Assembly: GCA_918797485.1 (NCBI GenBank)
Contig: CAKKNE010000002.1
Coordinates: 2,480,001-2,544,000 of the forward strand
From: Pelagomonas calceolata
Taxonomy: Eukaryota
Length of the DNA: 64,000 nucleotides
Reading direction: 5' to 3'
Shown: positions 53,230-62,495 of the stretch, in pieces
Position numbering within the stretch: the stretch's first letter is position 1
Layout: the number at the start of each line of letters is the position of its first letter
Notes under the pieces: model-generated
What the model was told of the DNA's origin: nothing
Seen by the model: the letters and a program-made list of their open reading frames with translations, nothing else
Database searches by the model: none
Translations under genes and position numbers: made by a program

Positions 53230-54867
53230 GCCTTCGTAGGCTGCGACGGTGGCGCGGACTTCGAGGCGACGGCTGAGCGTCGGCACGTCCGCGCCGGCGA
53301 CCGGGTAGGCCTCCCTAAACTCGCACGACGCCGCCGTCGCCGCCGTGATAGTGTAAACGACGCCGTCGAGCTCGAACTGTTTCATCTGCAACTCCGCGAC
53401 GACCGTCGCGGACAGCGTGTCTTCGACGGGCGCGACGGGCTCGACGGCCGTCTCCGGCGGTGGCAACGGCGACGGCGCCGTCAGATTCGTCACGTTCGTG
53501 GCACCGGCCTCGGCGGGCGACTTGACCTCGAAGCGGGCGTTGAGCTTCAATTCGCCGGTGTCGACGTTGTAAGTGCACGTCACCCGCACGAGCTTGTTGA
53601 ACTCGTCCAGCGTCGTCGGCACCCTCGTCTCCTTGAAGCCGCCTTTTAGGGGTACTCGTAGACCGCGTCGCCGCGCCAAGATCCGGAACTCGCTCTCCAG
53701 GCGCACCACGTCATCGCCGCTAAGCGAGAACCGCTCGAAACGGTAGAACTGGAGGCGCGTCACGTCGGCGCCGCCTGGCCGCCCGCGCGCCACGACGCGC
53801 TTCGCCGTGAACTTCTCGATCCACATGCCCGACAGCTTCGAGAGGTAGGCCCAGTACAACTTCGAAACACACGTCGTAACGGTACCGCTCTTCTTTTTCC
53901 CGCGGAGGAGCTCGCCGACGGCATCAGCAACGGCGACGCGCACGTTTAACAAGTCCCACAAGCCGCTCATCGTCGACGGCCTGTCGTCGATCAGCGACGC
54001 GACGCAGCGCTCTGGAAGCGGTCGCAGCGCCGGCGACGTACCATCAAACCACTGGTCGAGGGTGTAGACTCGCGCGAGGCCGTCGTAGGCACCACTTCTG
54101 GCCTTGTCCTGCGACACGACCCACACAGGCCCCACGACGGAGGTCACCGAGACCTCTCTAGAAGTCGACGAGAGGACGACATCGCAGGTGGACGCAGTCG
54201 ACCTGTTGATGTGTTTGGGCAACGCGTCGATCTTGTAGAGCTCCAAGACCTCGATCCTTGAGGACGACGAGGGCTGCAGGAAGACGACCATGCTGCCGTC
54301 CTTGAGCAACAGCGAGTCGCCCGAGAAGATGGGTCCGACCTTCGGGGCGAAGAACGGCGTCCGTCGCGCGGCGAGGACGTCCTCGAGCGCCTCGGGAGCG
54401 CGCGCCACCGTGACGGCGGTCTCCTCCTTCTTCACGACGAGCGGTTCCGAGCCCTGCGCGAACGGCTGGACCTGCACAGTGTCGCCGACGACGGCAATGG
54501 CGGTGCCCTCGACGCGCTCGTCGTCGCAGGCGACGACGACGCTGTCCAGGGACTGCGGGGCGCGGTTTGTTATGGTCTGAAGGACCCGCGGCCGCGCCGC
54601 GCCGTCGCCGCGCGAGCGCTTCTGGGACGACGAGGGCAGCTTTTCCCACGTCTCGCGGCGCCTCTTCAGCCCCTGTTTCTTGGGGGCGGGGTCCGGGGAC
54701 GGCGGCGGCGCGCGGCGCGACCGCGCGGCGCGGGGCAGCAGCTCGGTGGGCTTTACCCAGCCGCGCGAGCGCGCCTCATCCTCGACGTACTTCTGGAAGG
54801 TGGCCTGGTCCGGCGCGAGGCCCTCCAGGTACTTCAGCCTGCCCGGGGGCAGCGTATTTGCGGCCAT
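53230..54867 (-). CDS. Transposon accessory protein with Tudor-like and BAH-like segments (~545 aa; 3' end approximate)
   Basis: Long ORF from MAANTLP; BAH-like GDSLLL...ELYKIDALP...DVVLSSTSREVSVTSVVGPVWVV; stop position inferred from copy 2 (62496). Confidence 0.65.
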
Positions 54868-55123
54868 CGTCCAGTTAACTGATACCAGCAAACGACCAGT
54901 CTCTACATCTAATAAAGTCAACCAAACAAAAAGTCAACTTTGTCAAATCCCACTAGTCGGCCGTAGTGCTGCTGCAGTCGCGCTGCACTCCGCACCAGAG
55001 GCTCCGTTGTCGTAACGAAGCGCTTCTGGCATTAATTCTATCGCTCACCAGTACGCGTGTGAATCCTCAAAGCCCAGCGCTACGTAGTTCCACAAAAAAG
55101 CCTGTGAGAGCAGTGAGTGCATA

Positions 55124-55546
55124 ATGCGCCGCAGCCTCTACGCCGCCGCCGCGCTCCTGCAAGGTGCAAATGCATTACTCGCAACGCCACCGCGCCGACG
55201 ACAGACGCGCCTCCAAAACCTCAACGACCACATCGACGTGCTCCAGGGCCAGTTCGAGGCCTCGCCCGTCGACGGCCTGCCGGACTGGGTCCAGACGACG
55301 CTGGAGCAGCAGGGCCTGAACGTGCTCACCTTCGACGAGGGCAATGCATCGCTGCTCTTCGCGAACATCCTGGTCATCGCGCTCGCGTCCTACGTCGGCA
55401 AGCAGACGGGCAACGCCGACACCATGGAAATAGCGGACGGCATGCGGCGGGAGCGGCGGCGGCGGGGGCGCATGGACGTCGAGAAGGCGCTGCCGGGCGA
55501 GGACGACGTCCGGGGCTGGTTCGCTGATGATCAGGACGAGTCATAA
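55124..55546 (+). CDS. Hypothetical small protein with signal/transit-like leader and one TM
   Basis: MRRSLYAAAALLQGANA-LL leader; TM SLLFANILVIALASYV. Confidence 0.6.
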   Translation: MRRSLYAAAALLQGANALLATPPRRRQTRLQNLNDHIDVLQGQFEASPVDGLPDWVQTTLEQQGLNVLTFDEGNASLLFANILVIALASYVGKQTGNADTMEIADGMRRERRRRGRMDVEKALPGEDDVRGWFADDQDES

Positions 55547-55557
55547 TACACTAGACA

Positions 55558-56223
55558 TTACTCGGCCGGGTCGCCGTCCGCCGCGACCGCGTACTTCGAG
55601 CCCTGGACGACGCGGTAGTTCATCTGGCGCTGGGACTTGGCCGGCAGTGGCGGCTGCGGCGTTCCCTTGCGGAGGAGCTTTCCGTCGTCATCGACCAGCA
55701 CGAACGAGGAGTAATTGTCGGCAGGTGTCCAGACCAACTTGAACGCGATTTTGGATTTAAACTGCACGTGCGCTACGTCTCTTGGCGGGTCCGACGCGCA
55801 GCCATTCGTACAGGTCGACCAGGACCCGCCTTCGCCCAACTCGGGCAGCGACGCCTCGCGGATGCCGGGTCCGAGCAGGTTGCTCCGTGAGATCTCGGCT
55901 ACGCTACCGTCCGCATTTGATTCGTCCTGCACGTCTCCCAGCATCGTGGTCAGGTCGCAGTGATTGTAGTCGTTGAACGCATGGCCCGTGTACCCTTGGC
56001 CGGGACGAGCGTTCGGCAAATCGCGCAGGCCGCCCGCCCGCAGCAGGGCGCGGCGCGCGTCGGGCCACGGGCCGTCGAGCTCAGACTGCGGGATCGCAGC
56101 CAATCGCTGGTGCACCGCTTCGAGGCGCGCGACCGCAGTTCCAGGGTAGACGGGATCGATCTTACGCGCGGCCATGGCGAGCGTTCTCGTGACGGTTGCC
56201 AGCGTGATGATGGCTTTGCGCAT
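55558..56223 (-). CDS. Hypothetical globular protein
   Basis: Complex globular sequence (YPGTAV, GYTGHAFNDYNHCDLTTM, GGSWSTC...C, DVAHVQF). Confidence 0.7.
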   Translation of the reverse strand: MRKAIITLATVTRTLAMAARKIDPVYPGTAVARLEAVHQRLAAIPQSELDGPWPDARRALLRAGGLRDLPNARPGQGYTGHAFNDYNHCDLTTMLGDVQDESNADGSVAEISRSNLLGPGIREASLPELGEGGSWSTCTNGCASDPPRDVAHVQFKSKIAFKLVWTPADNYSSFVLVDDDGKLLRKGTPQPPLPAKSQRQMNYRVVQGSKYAVAADGDPAE

Positions 56224-56550
56224 CGATGAGTGCTCAATGATGCACTGCTCAGTGATGCGCACTGCTCAGTGATGCAGGCGTGGCAGGGTGGACTGCAGCG
56301 CAATGGCCAGCAGCGATGCGAATTCGCTCCGCTCCGAGTAGCACAGTATCTAATGGGTTGCCACGCAGCGCGGTACGATTAACAACCTCGCTACGTCGCG
56401 AACGAGTCGACTGACGTTTTAGCTAGCGGCATTAACGTACTAGTTGACATTACTCAAGTCGGGATCGCCTGCTGTTGCGGCCGCTTCAGCTACCCTCACA
56501 CCGTAAGGCTACGGTAGCATCACTGTGACACCCCGGAAGCGTACGCAAAG

Positions 56551-57318
56551 ATGAAACTCGCCGTCGCTCTCCTGCTCGCCCCCGCCGCGGCCTACGTGCC
56601 GCTGCGCGCTTCCATGCAGCGCGCCTCGACGCTGGTGCGCGCCGACGAGGAGCCGGAAGCCATGGACTTGGACCTCGGTGAAATGTTCGAGCTCTTCGAC
56701 GAGGCCGACCCGGAAGGCGTCGCCGAGCGCGAGGCCGCCAAAAAGGCCGAAGAGGAGGCCGCCGCGAAGGAGGCCGCCAAGCTGGCTATGATGGTAGAGG
56801 GCGCGTCGGCGCCGTTCGGCTTCTGGGACCCCGCCGGCCTGTCGAAGCTCGGCACGCCGGCGACGCAGGCCTGGTTCAAGGCCGCCGAGCTGAAGCACTC
56901 GCGCGTCGCGATGGCGGCGACGGTGGGCTGGATCGTCAACGAGGCCGGTATTGTGTTCGACGGCAACATCGCCACGGGCGTGCCGTTCTCGTCGCTGGGC
57001 AAGGGCGTCCAGGCGTGGGAGAACGTGCCCGACGCGGGCAAGCTCCAGATCATCTTGGCGGCGGGCGCTATTGAATTTGCCTCGGAGGCGAAGCAGCCGC
57101 ACTACATGCGCGGCGGGCGGCCGGGCCAGACGGCCGGGCCCTTCGGCTTGAGATTGTGGGACCCCCTGAACTACAACGGGGGCATGGACGAAGAAACCAA
57201 ACGCACGAAGCGCCAGATGGAGGTGAACAACGGGCGGCTGGCGATGATCGGCGCGGCGTCCTTCGTCGCGGCGTCGTACATCCCCGACTCCGTGCCCGCG
57301 CTGCCGTCGACGTGGTAG
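56551..57318 (+). CDS. Light-harvesting chlorophyll a/c (fucoxanthin)-binding protein
   Basis: PFGFWDPAGLS, AELKHSRVAMAA, WDPL, EVNNGRLAMIG; bipartite leader AAA-YVP. Confidence 0.95.
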   Translation: MKLAVALLLAPAAAYVPLRASMQRASTLVRADEEPEAMDLDLGEMFELFDEADPEGVAEREAAKKAEEEAAAKEAAKLAMMVEGASAPFGFWDPAGLSKLGTPATQAWFKAAELKHSRVAMAATVGWIVNEAGIVFDGNIATGVPFSSLGKGVQAWENVPDAGKLQIILAAGAIEFASEAKQPHYMRGGRPGQTAGPFGLRLWDPLNYNGGMDEETKRTKRQMEVNNGRLAMIGAASFVAASYIPDSVPALPSTW

Positions 57319-57337
57319 GTCGAACTAACAACAGTAC

Positions 57338-58852
57338 TTAACTCACAGCCGCCAGGAGGTCCTCGTAGTCATGGGCGTCGTCGCCGTCGAACCCCTCCTC
57401 CGCGTCGTCGGGCTCGCGCACGGCGAGGCTCCGGTCCGTCCACTGTGTCGGGCACTCGAAGGTCCTGCGCCGCGCCGCCGCGAGCTCCCGCTCGAGGCCG
57501 GCGACCTCCTTCGCCGGCGCGTCGACCCGCGCCTTGCGGAGCCGCCGTTCCAACGGTGCGACGTCGTACGCGTCGGCGCCGTGGGCGGCCCGGAACGTCG
57601 CGAGGCACTGGCGCCGCGGGCCGGCCTCGGCTAAGATAGCCGCGACGTCGCCGTCGGCGAGGCCGTACGCGCCCTTCAGCAGGCCCGCCACGTCCGCCGC
57701 GTACACGAAGGGGCAGTCGTGGCATCCGCCTTCCTCGCCCTTGCCGGCCGGGTCGCCTTTGATCATCTTGTCGCAACCGGTGGGGGAGTAAACCACGCGT
57801 TGGCCCTCGAGGCCGTAGGCGTGTCGCACGCCGTAGCTCCACTTGTTCTCACGCATCGACCAGTCCTTCCAGCGCACCTTACCGAAGGCGATCGTGATGT
57901 CGACCGGCGCCCCCAACGCGGACAACAAGCACCAGTACTGGTACCGCGCCTTGTGCTTCAGGTGTTTTCGGTGGCGGAGCTGATTGTGCATCCGCACGAA
58001 GCAAGGCGCCACGCGGCGCTTCGCGACGGCGTCGTCGACGTCGCCAATACAATTGATTGCCAGGCGCGCGCCCGGCCGATGGGCCGCGGCGACCGCGCTG
58101 GCCCACCGCACGAGCCGTTCCGCGGCGGCCACCGCCGGGTCGTCGGAAATGCCGACGACCGCCTCCGCGGACCGCAGCGCGCCGCGCCGCAGCGCCGCCG
58201 AGAGCTTGCGGCGGAAGCGCCGCACCGCGATGCCGCGGCACGCGGCGCCGTCCCTGAGGAAGAACGCGACACGCCGGAACACGACGACGCCGCGCCGGTC
58301 GCCGCTCATGTCGTTGAGGAACGCCGGCGTCGCCCGTCGCGCGACGATGGCGCCCGCGCCGCTGGGGCGCAGGTACGCGGCCACGTGCTCCGGCGCCTCG
58401 AGGTCGGGGTCGTCCTGGCGCTCGCCGGGCCGCGCGCGCGCCGCATCAACAGCGGCGAGGCGCGTCGCGCCCGCGTGGAGGCGTCGGCGGTAGCGGTCCA
58501 CCTCCTTGTCGAGGAACGCGCGCGCCGCGGCGCCGCGGTGACCGACGGCGCCGCACGCGACGGCAGCGCGCGCCGCGAAGTGCGCCACGGCGTCGAGGTC
58601 CGCGTCTTGAAACGTGGACGACGCGTAGCGATACGCGAGCGCGGACTCGACAGCCTCGAACCGCTGCTCCGCGTCCGGACACGCCGCGTACTCCCAGGCG
58701 TCGTCGTCGCTGTCGTCGCTGTCGTCGCCGCTCAGGTACGCGAGGTCGCCCGCGCGGGCCTCGACCGCTACTCGTTTCACTTGCGCGGCGCGGTCGGGCT
58801 CACCGATGGCCGCGGCGGCCTGCCGGAGGACCGCTGCGATTGCTGCATCCAT
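57338..58852 (-). CDS. Divergent DNA primase large-subunit (PRIM2/PriL) Fe-S-domain protein
   Basis: APCF...HLKHKARYQY, YGVRHAYGLEG, GCDKMI, HDCPF, RQC. Confidence 0.75.
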   Translation of the reverse strand: MDAAIAAVLRQAAAAIGEPDRAAQVKRVAVEARAGDLAYLSGDDSDDSDDDAWEYAACPDAEQRFEAVESALAYRYASSTFQDADLDAVAHFAARAAVACGAVGHRGAAARAFLDKEVDRYRRRLHAGATRLAAVDAARARPGERQDDPDLEAPEHVAAYLRPSGAGAIVARRATPAFLNDMSGDRRGVVVFRRVAFFLRDGAACRGIAVRRFRRKLSAALRRGALRSAEAVVGISDDPAVAAAERLVRWASAVAAAHRPGARLAINCIGDVDDAVAKRRVAPCFVRMHNQLRHRKHLKHKARYQYWCLLSALGAPVDITIAFGKVRWKDWSMRENKWSYGVRHAYGLEGQRVVYSPTGCDKMIKGDPAGKGEEGGCHDCPFVYAADVAGLLKGAYGLADGDVAAILAEAGPRRQCLATFRAAHGADAYDVAPLERRLRKARVDAPAKEVAGLERELAAARRRTFECPTQWTDRSLAVREPDDAEEGFDGDDAHDYEDLLAAVS

Positions 58853-59181
58853 GCCGCTGCTGCTCTGCCCAGCAGATTGCAGTGTGTGCGCGTAGCAGCG
58901 CTGTGCGAGCCCGTTCTCTCCAAGCGGGGCGAGCGTTATCACTACGGCCTACTGGTAGGATACCAAGCCCCCCTAGTTACATTATGTATTGCAGTAACTT
59001 GTAGGAAAACCAGGGGGTAGCTGAGCGCCCAGCGGCGCTGCTAAAAGCGCTGCGATCTCGGTCCAGCTGCATCGCATTAAAACTTGATTGGGGGAGGCAG
59101 CCCACACGCAGCTGCTGCGCAGCATACTCTAATCAAGTTTTAATAACTTGTTCACAGCCCGAGAACGTTGGTGCTGCCACG

Positions 59182-62100
59182 ATGCCGCGGGTGTGGAAGC
59201 CCGCGGCGGACGATCAGCACATCTTCGACGCCCTGCCAATGCCGGAGGGGGACGTCTTCCTCAGCGACGACGAGCTCCTCATGGAGATGGACGGCGTGGC
59301 GACGCGCGCCGCGCTCAACGCGGCGCTCGGTCCCACCGCGAGGACAAGGGTGACCTTTGATGCCGAGGGTCGGTACTGGCGGAAGTCGTACGAAATTGAT
59401 AAGGAGCCGCGGTGCATCTACTTCTTGCCAGCCGTGCAGAACCGCGCGCGCGCGCTCGAGGAGTACCCCGATGGCGTCGAGCCGCCGTTCCCGCGACCAG
59501 AGGAGAAGTTCCAGTGCAAGAGGAAGCAGCCGCCCCGAGCGCCGCGCAAGCCGTCGAAGACGACGGCGCGGTCCGGCGAGAAGCGCCCGACGTCCGCGCG
59601 GCCTAGGATGTACACGACGCCCGGCGAGAAGGTCACGCGCGTGGATCCGGTTGATGATGCTGAGCTGCTCGTGCCGGACGAAGACGTGGTCGACCTCGAC
59701 GAAGTCGCGCCAGTACCACGGCCCGTGACACGACGAGATTTAATGGCCCTAGAGCAGCGCGCCGAAGACGCGCTCGCGGCGTGCGACCGCGCGGAAGCCG
59801 CGCGCGCCGCGGCCGTCGCGGCCCACGCGGAGCTACGCGACAGACAGGACGCAGTCTTCGCGAGGAGCGCCACCGACTCGGCAAGCAAGCGGCGCTCTCT
59901 CTGGACCGCGAGGCGAACGCGCTCTCCGCGGAGAGAGCGGCACGACGGCGCGACGTTGATCGCCTTAGAGCCAAATTTTCACAAGAGGCATGGAAAATGG
60001 ACCAGTGAGCGACGCGCGGCGGCGCGGCTAGACGAGGAGCGGCGGCGATTGGAGGAGGGGTTCCGGACAAACACGCGCGAGTTGCAGCGGCAACTCGACG
60101 CGCAGAGAACTGAAGTCGCCGATTTGAAAAAGAAACAAAGCCAGCTCAACCTCGAGCTTTATGGCCTTCGACGGCTTCGAGGCGCCTGGCTGGGTTCTCG
60201 TGTTGCGTATTTACCGGAGGAGCCGCCGCCGGATTCGGACTTCGAAGGCGAGTCGTTGTGGCCCGTGGTCCACGCCGTCGGCGACTTTCTCAGTAGAATT
60301 TGTGGTGGTACGCTCAAAAGAAAGCAACAGAAGTGTCTGCGTCTCCTAGCCGACTACGCGTGGTGTCAACACTCTCGCGGGCGGGGGGAGATTGGCCTCG
60401 TGCGAGCTCACTTTGCGTGCGCGGAGTACCGGCGCCTCCAGGAGATTTTCTCTCCAGCCGAACTACTGAAGACCATGGACGTGGAGATGACGGGGAACTA
60501 CGCTGCGAGCGAGGCCATGCGGGCCAGAGAGCGGGCGGCTCTCGTTGCGCTCGGGGAGACGTTGGGCAAGCGCTGATGCTGTTATTCCCCACGAAGTTCG
60601 CGCTCCAGGAAACAGCCTGGCTGGCAGAGTTGCTGATGGCCACAAGGTTTCGGTTACGGAAACGTCCGCGGGCGACGGCACTTACGAGGCGGTCGGCATT
60701 GCGACGGGCGCGGTCCTCGACGTCATCGGAAAGCAGTATGGGCTCCTTGAGACTGGACGCAGTCCCGCGGATCCGCGGAGGATCAGAGGCACGCAAGACG
60801 GCAGCAACATCACGAAAAGCGACGACTTTACGATGCAAGGGATCCACGTCAACGACAGCCGCGCGGTCGACCCGATCACTGGCAAGCCTATCACCGACTT
60901 CCAGTCGCCTGATCGGGTTCATATTACTACGTTAGCCGTTGGCCACGAGAGCCATGCCCTGTACGAAGCTTTAGACGACGTGACGGATCACTTCAGTACA
61001 GCGGCGACGGCGCAAACCGATGGTGTCTACCAGTCAGAGGCAGAGGGCCGCGCCGTTCACGTTGATTACGTCTGCTCGGGCGACATGGCCAACCTCCAGA
61101 CGGTGTCGAAGAAGGGCTTCGCGACTGGGACGTCGGAGAACGCGCGGCCGTGTTATTGTTGCGCGCAGACCAACAGGCAGATGACGACGCCCAAGGTAGT
61201 TGACGACCTTTGCGACGTCTGCAGAGCAGCGGGTCGGTTAGTGTGCTACCACGCGGAGATGTCGACGCCGGCTGCCGTAGACGAGTGGCGCGCTACGGCT
61301 GCCGCTGCGCTCACGGAGCTCAGAGGGGAGCTGCCCCCAGCCTACCGCTACATGCGCGAGGCCAAGACTTTAAGTGCGGCGCAGCTGCGCGAGCTCGCCG
61401 CGGAGGCTGGGCTCGATGCGGGCGGCACCTCGGCCCACTTGCACGCGCGCTTCGCTGCTTATTGCGGTCAGCATTGCTTGGAATTGGAAAACCCCAACCA
61501 AAACGGGTTTTACGCAAAGTTCGACTGTCGAACTGCGACCCCAGCACAAAAAACGCAATTTTCGCTGGTCGTGAACGATTGTCTTGTTGATTTCGGCCTG
61601 GCGGTGACGGGCAACCTCGGTTCGCGCGTCGAGAAGCTGACGCAGCGCCTGAAATTGGTTGACCAATATTACGAACTTCAAGCGCAATTAGAACACGCCA
61701 CGCCAAATTCTGATGCGCTCATCTCCCTGGTCGAGCATATGGTCCCGTGCGTCTTGCATTTAGAAAACCGGACGCGCGAGAAGCTGTTGCGGCTCATCCT
61801 CAACAATTTATTTGTGATCTACGAGAAGAGCGTGGCCCTGGCGAAGCTGCGGCCGCTGGAGAAATTGATTAGAACGAAAGGCTTCGGCTGCCCGAACGGC
61901 CGCGAGGGCAAGTGGACGGCGCCGCTCTCCAAGGACGAAGATTCCGTCGAGAAGATCTCGTTGAATTGCGGCCGCGCCCGGAAGATCTTTGCTAACGTCG
62001 GCACGGAGCTCATCGAGGCGTGCTTCCCGGACGACGCCAAGCGGCGGGTCGTCCTCGACCTCGTCCGCGGCTACGAGGAATTGATGGTGCTATATCGAAA

Positions 62101-62487
62101 ACGAGAAGATCTCACGGACGTCGAGATTGCCAAAGCCGACGACCTCGCCCAGGAGACCTACCATCGGCTACTGACGGCTTTCACGGCGAAGGCCCTCACG
62201 AACTACTTCCACATGATCGGCTCGGGCCACATTACTGCTTATTTGCGAAAGTACCGGAACTTGTACCGCTACTCGAACCAGGGGCAGGCGCGAACCGCGA
62301 TCTTGATCGCCGCTTCCTCACGCGGACGCAGCGCGGCGGCCACTGCGGCCACGAGGCGACGCGGGCGACGCGCGTCGCCGCGCTGGGCAAGTGGATGCAG
62401 CGGCGGATGATGTGGCTCACAGGCCTGGTCAAGCCCGGCGAGCTCAAGGTCATCGGCTGGAAGCAGAAGCGCGTGATAGACTGGTAA
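59182..62487 (+). pseudogene. RAG1/Transib-like transposase of copy 2, frameshifted
   Basis: ORFs 59182-60576, 60545-62410 and the tail ending KQKRVIDW* at 62487; LTNYFHMIGSGHITAYLRKYRNLYRYSNQG. Confidence 0.8.
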
Positions 62488-62495
62488 ATTGTGAC

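Larger units (their letters stand above)
49686..54968 (+). mobile_element. Complete TIR DNA transposon, copy 1 (5283 bp): RAG1/Transib-like transposase plus convergent partner ORF
   Basis: Left TIR CACTACGGCCTACTGGTAGGAT (49686-49707) vs right TIR reverse complement CACTACGGCCGACTAGTGGGAT (54947-54968), 19/22 identical; homology with copy 2 begins exactly at CACTAC. Confidence 0.93.

Noticed and set aside
56238..56276. Short tandem repeat CACTGCTCAGTGATGC x2
   Set aside because: Simple slippage duplication in a 5' region; no evidence of function.
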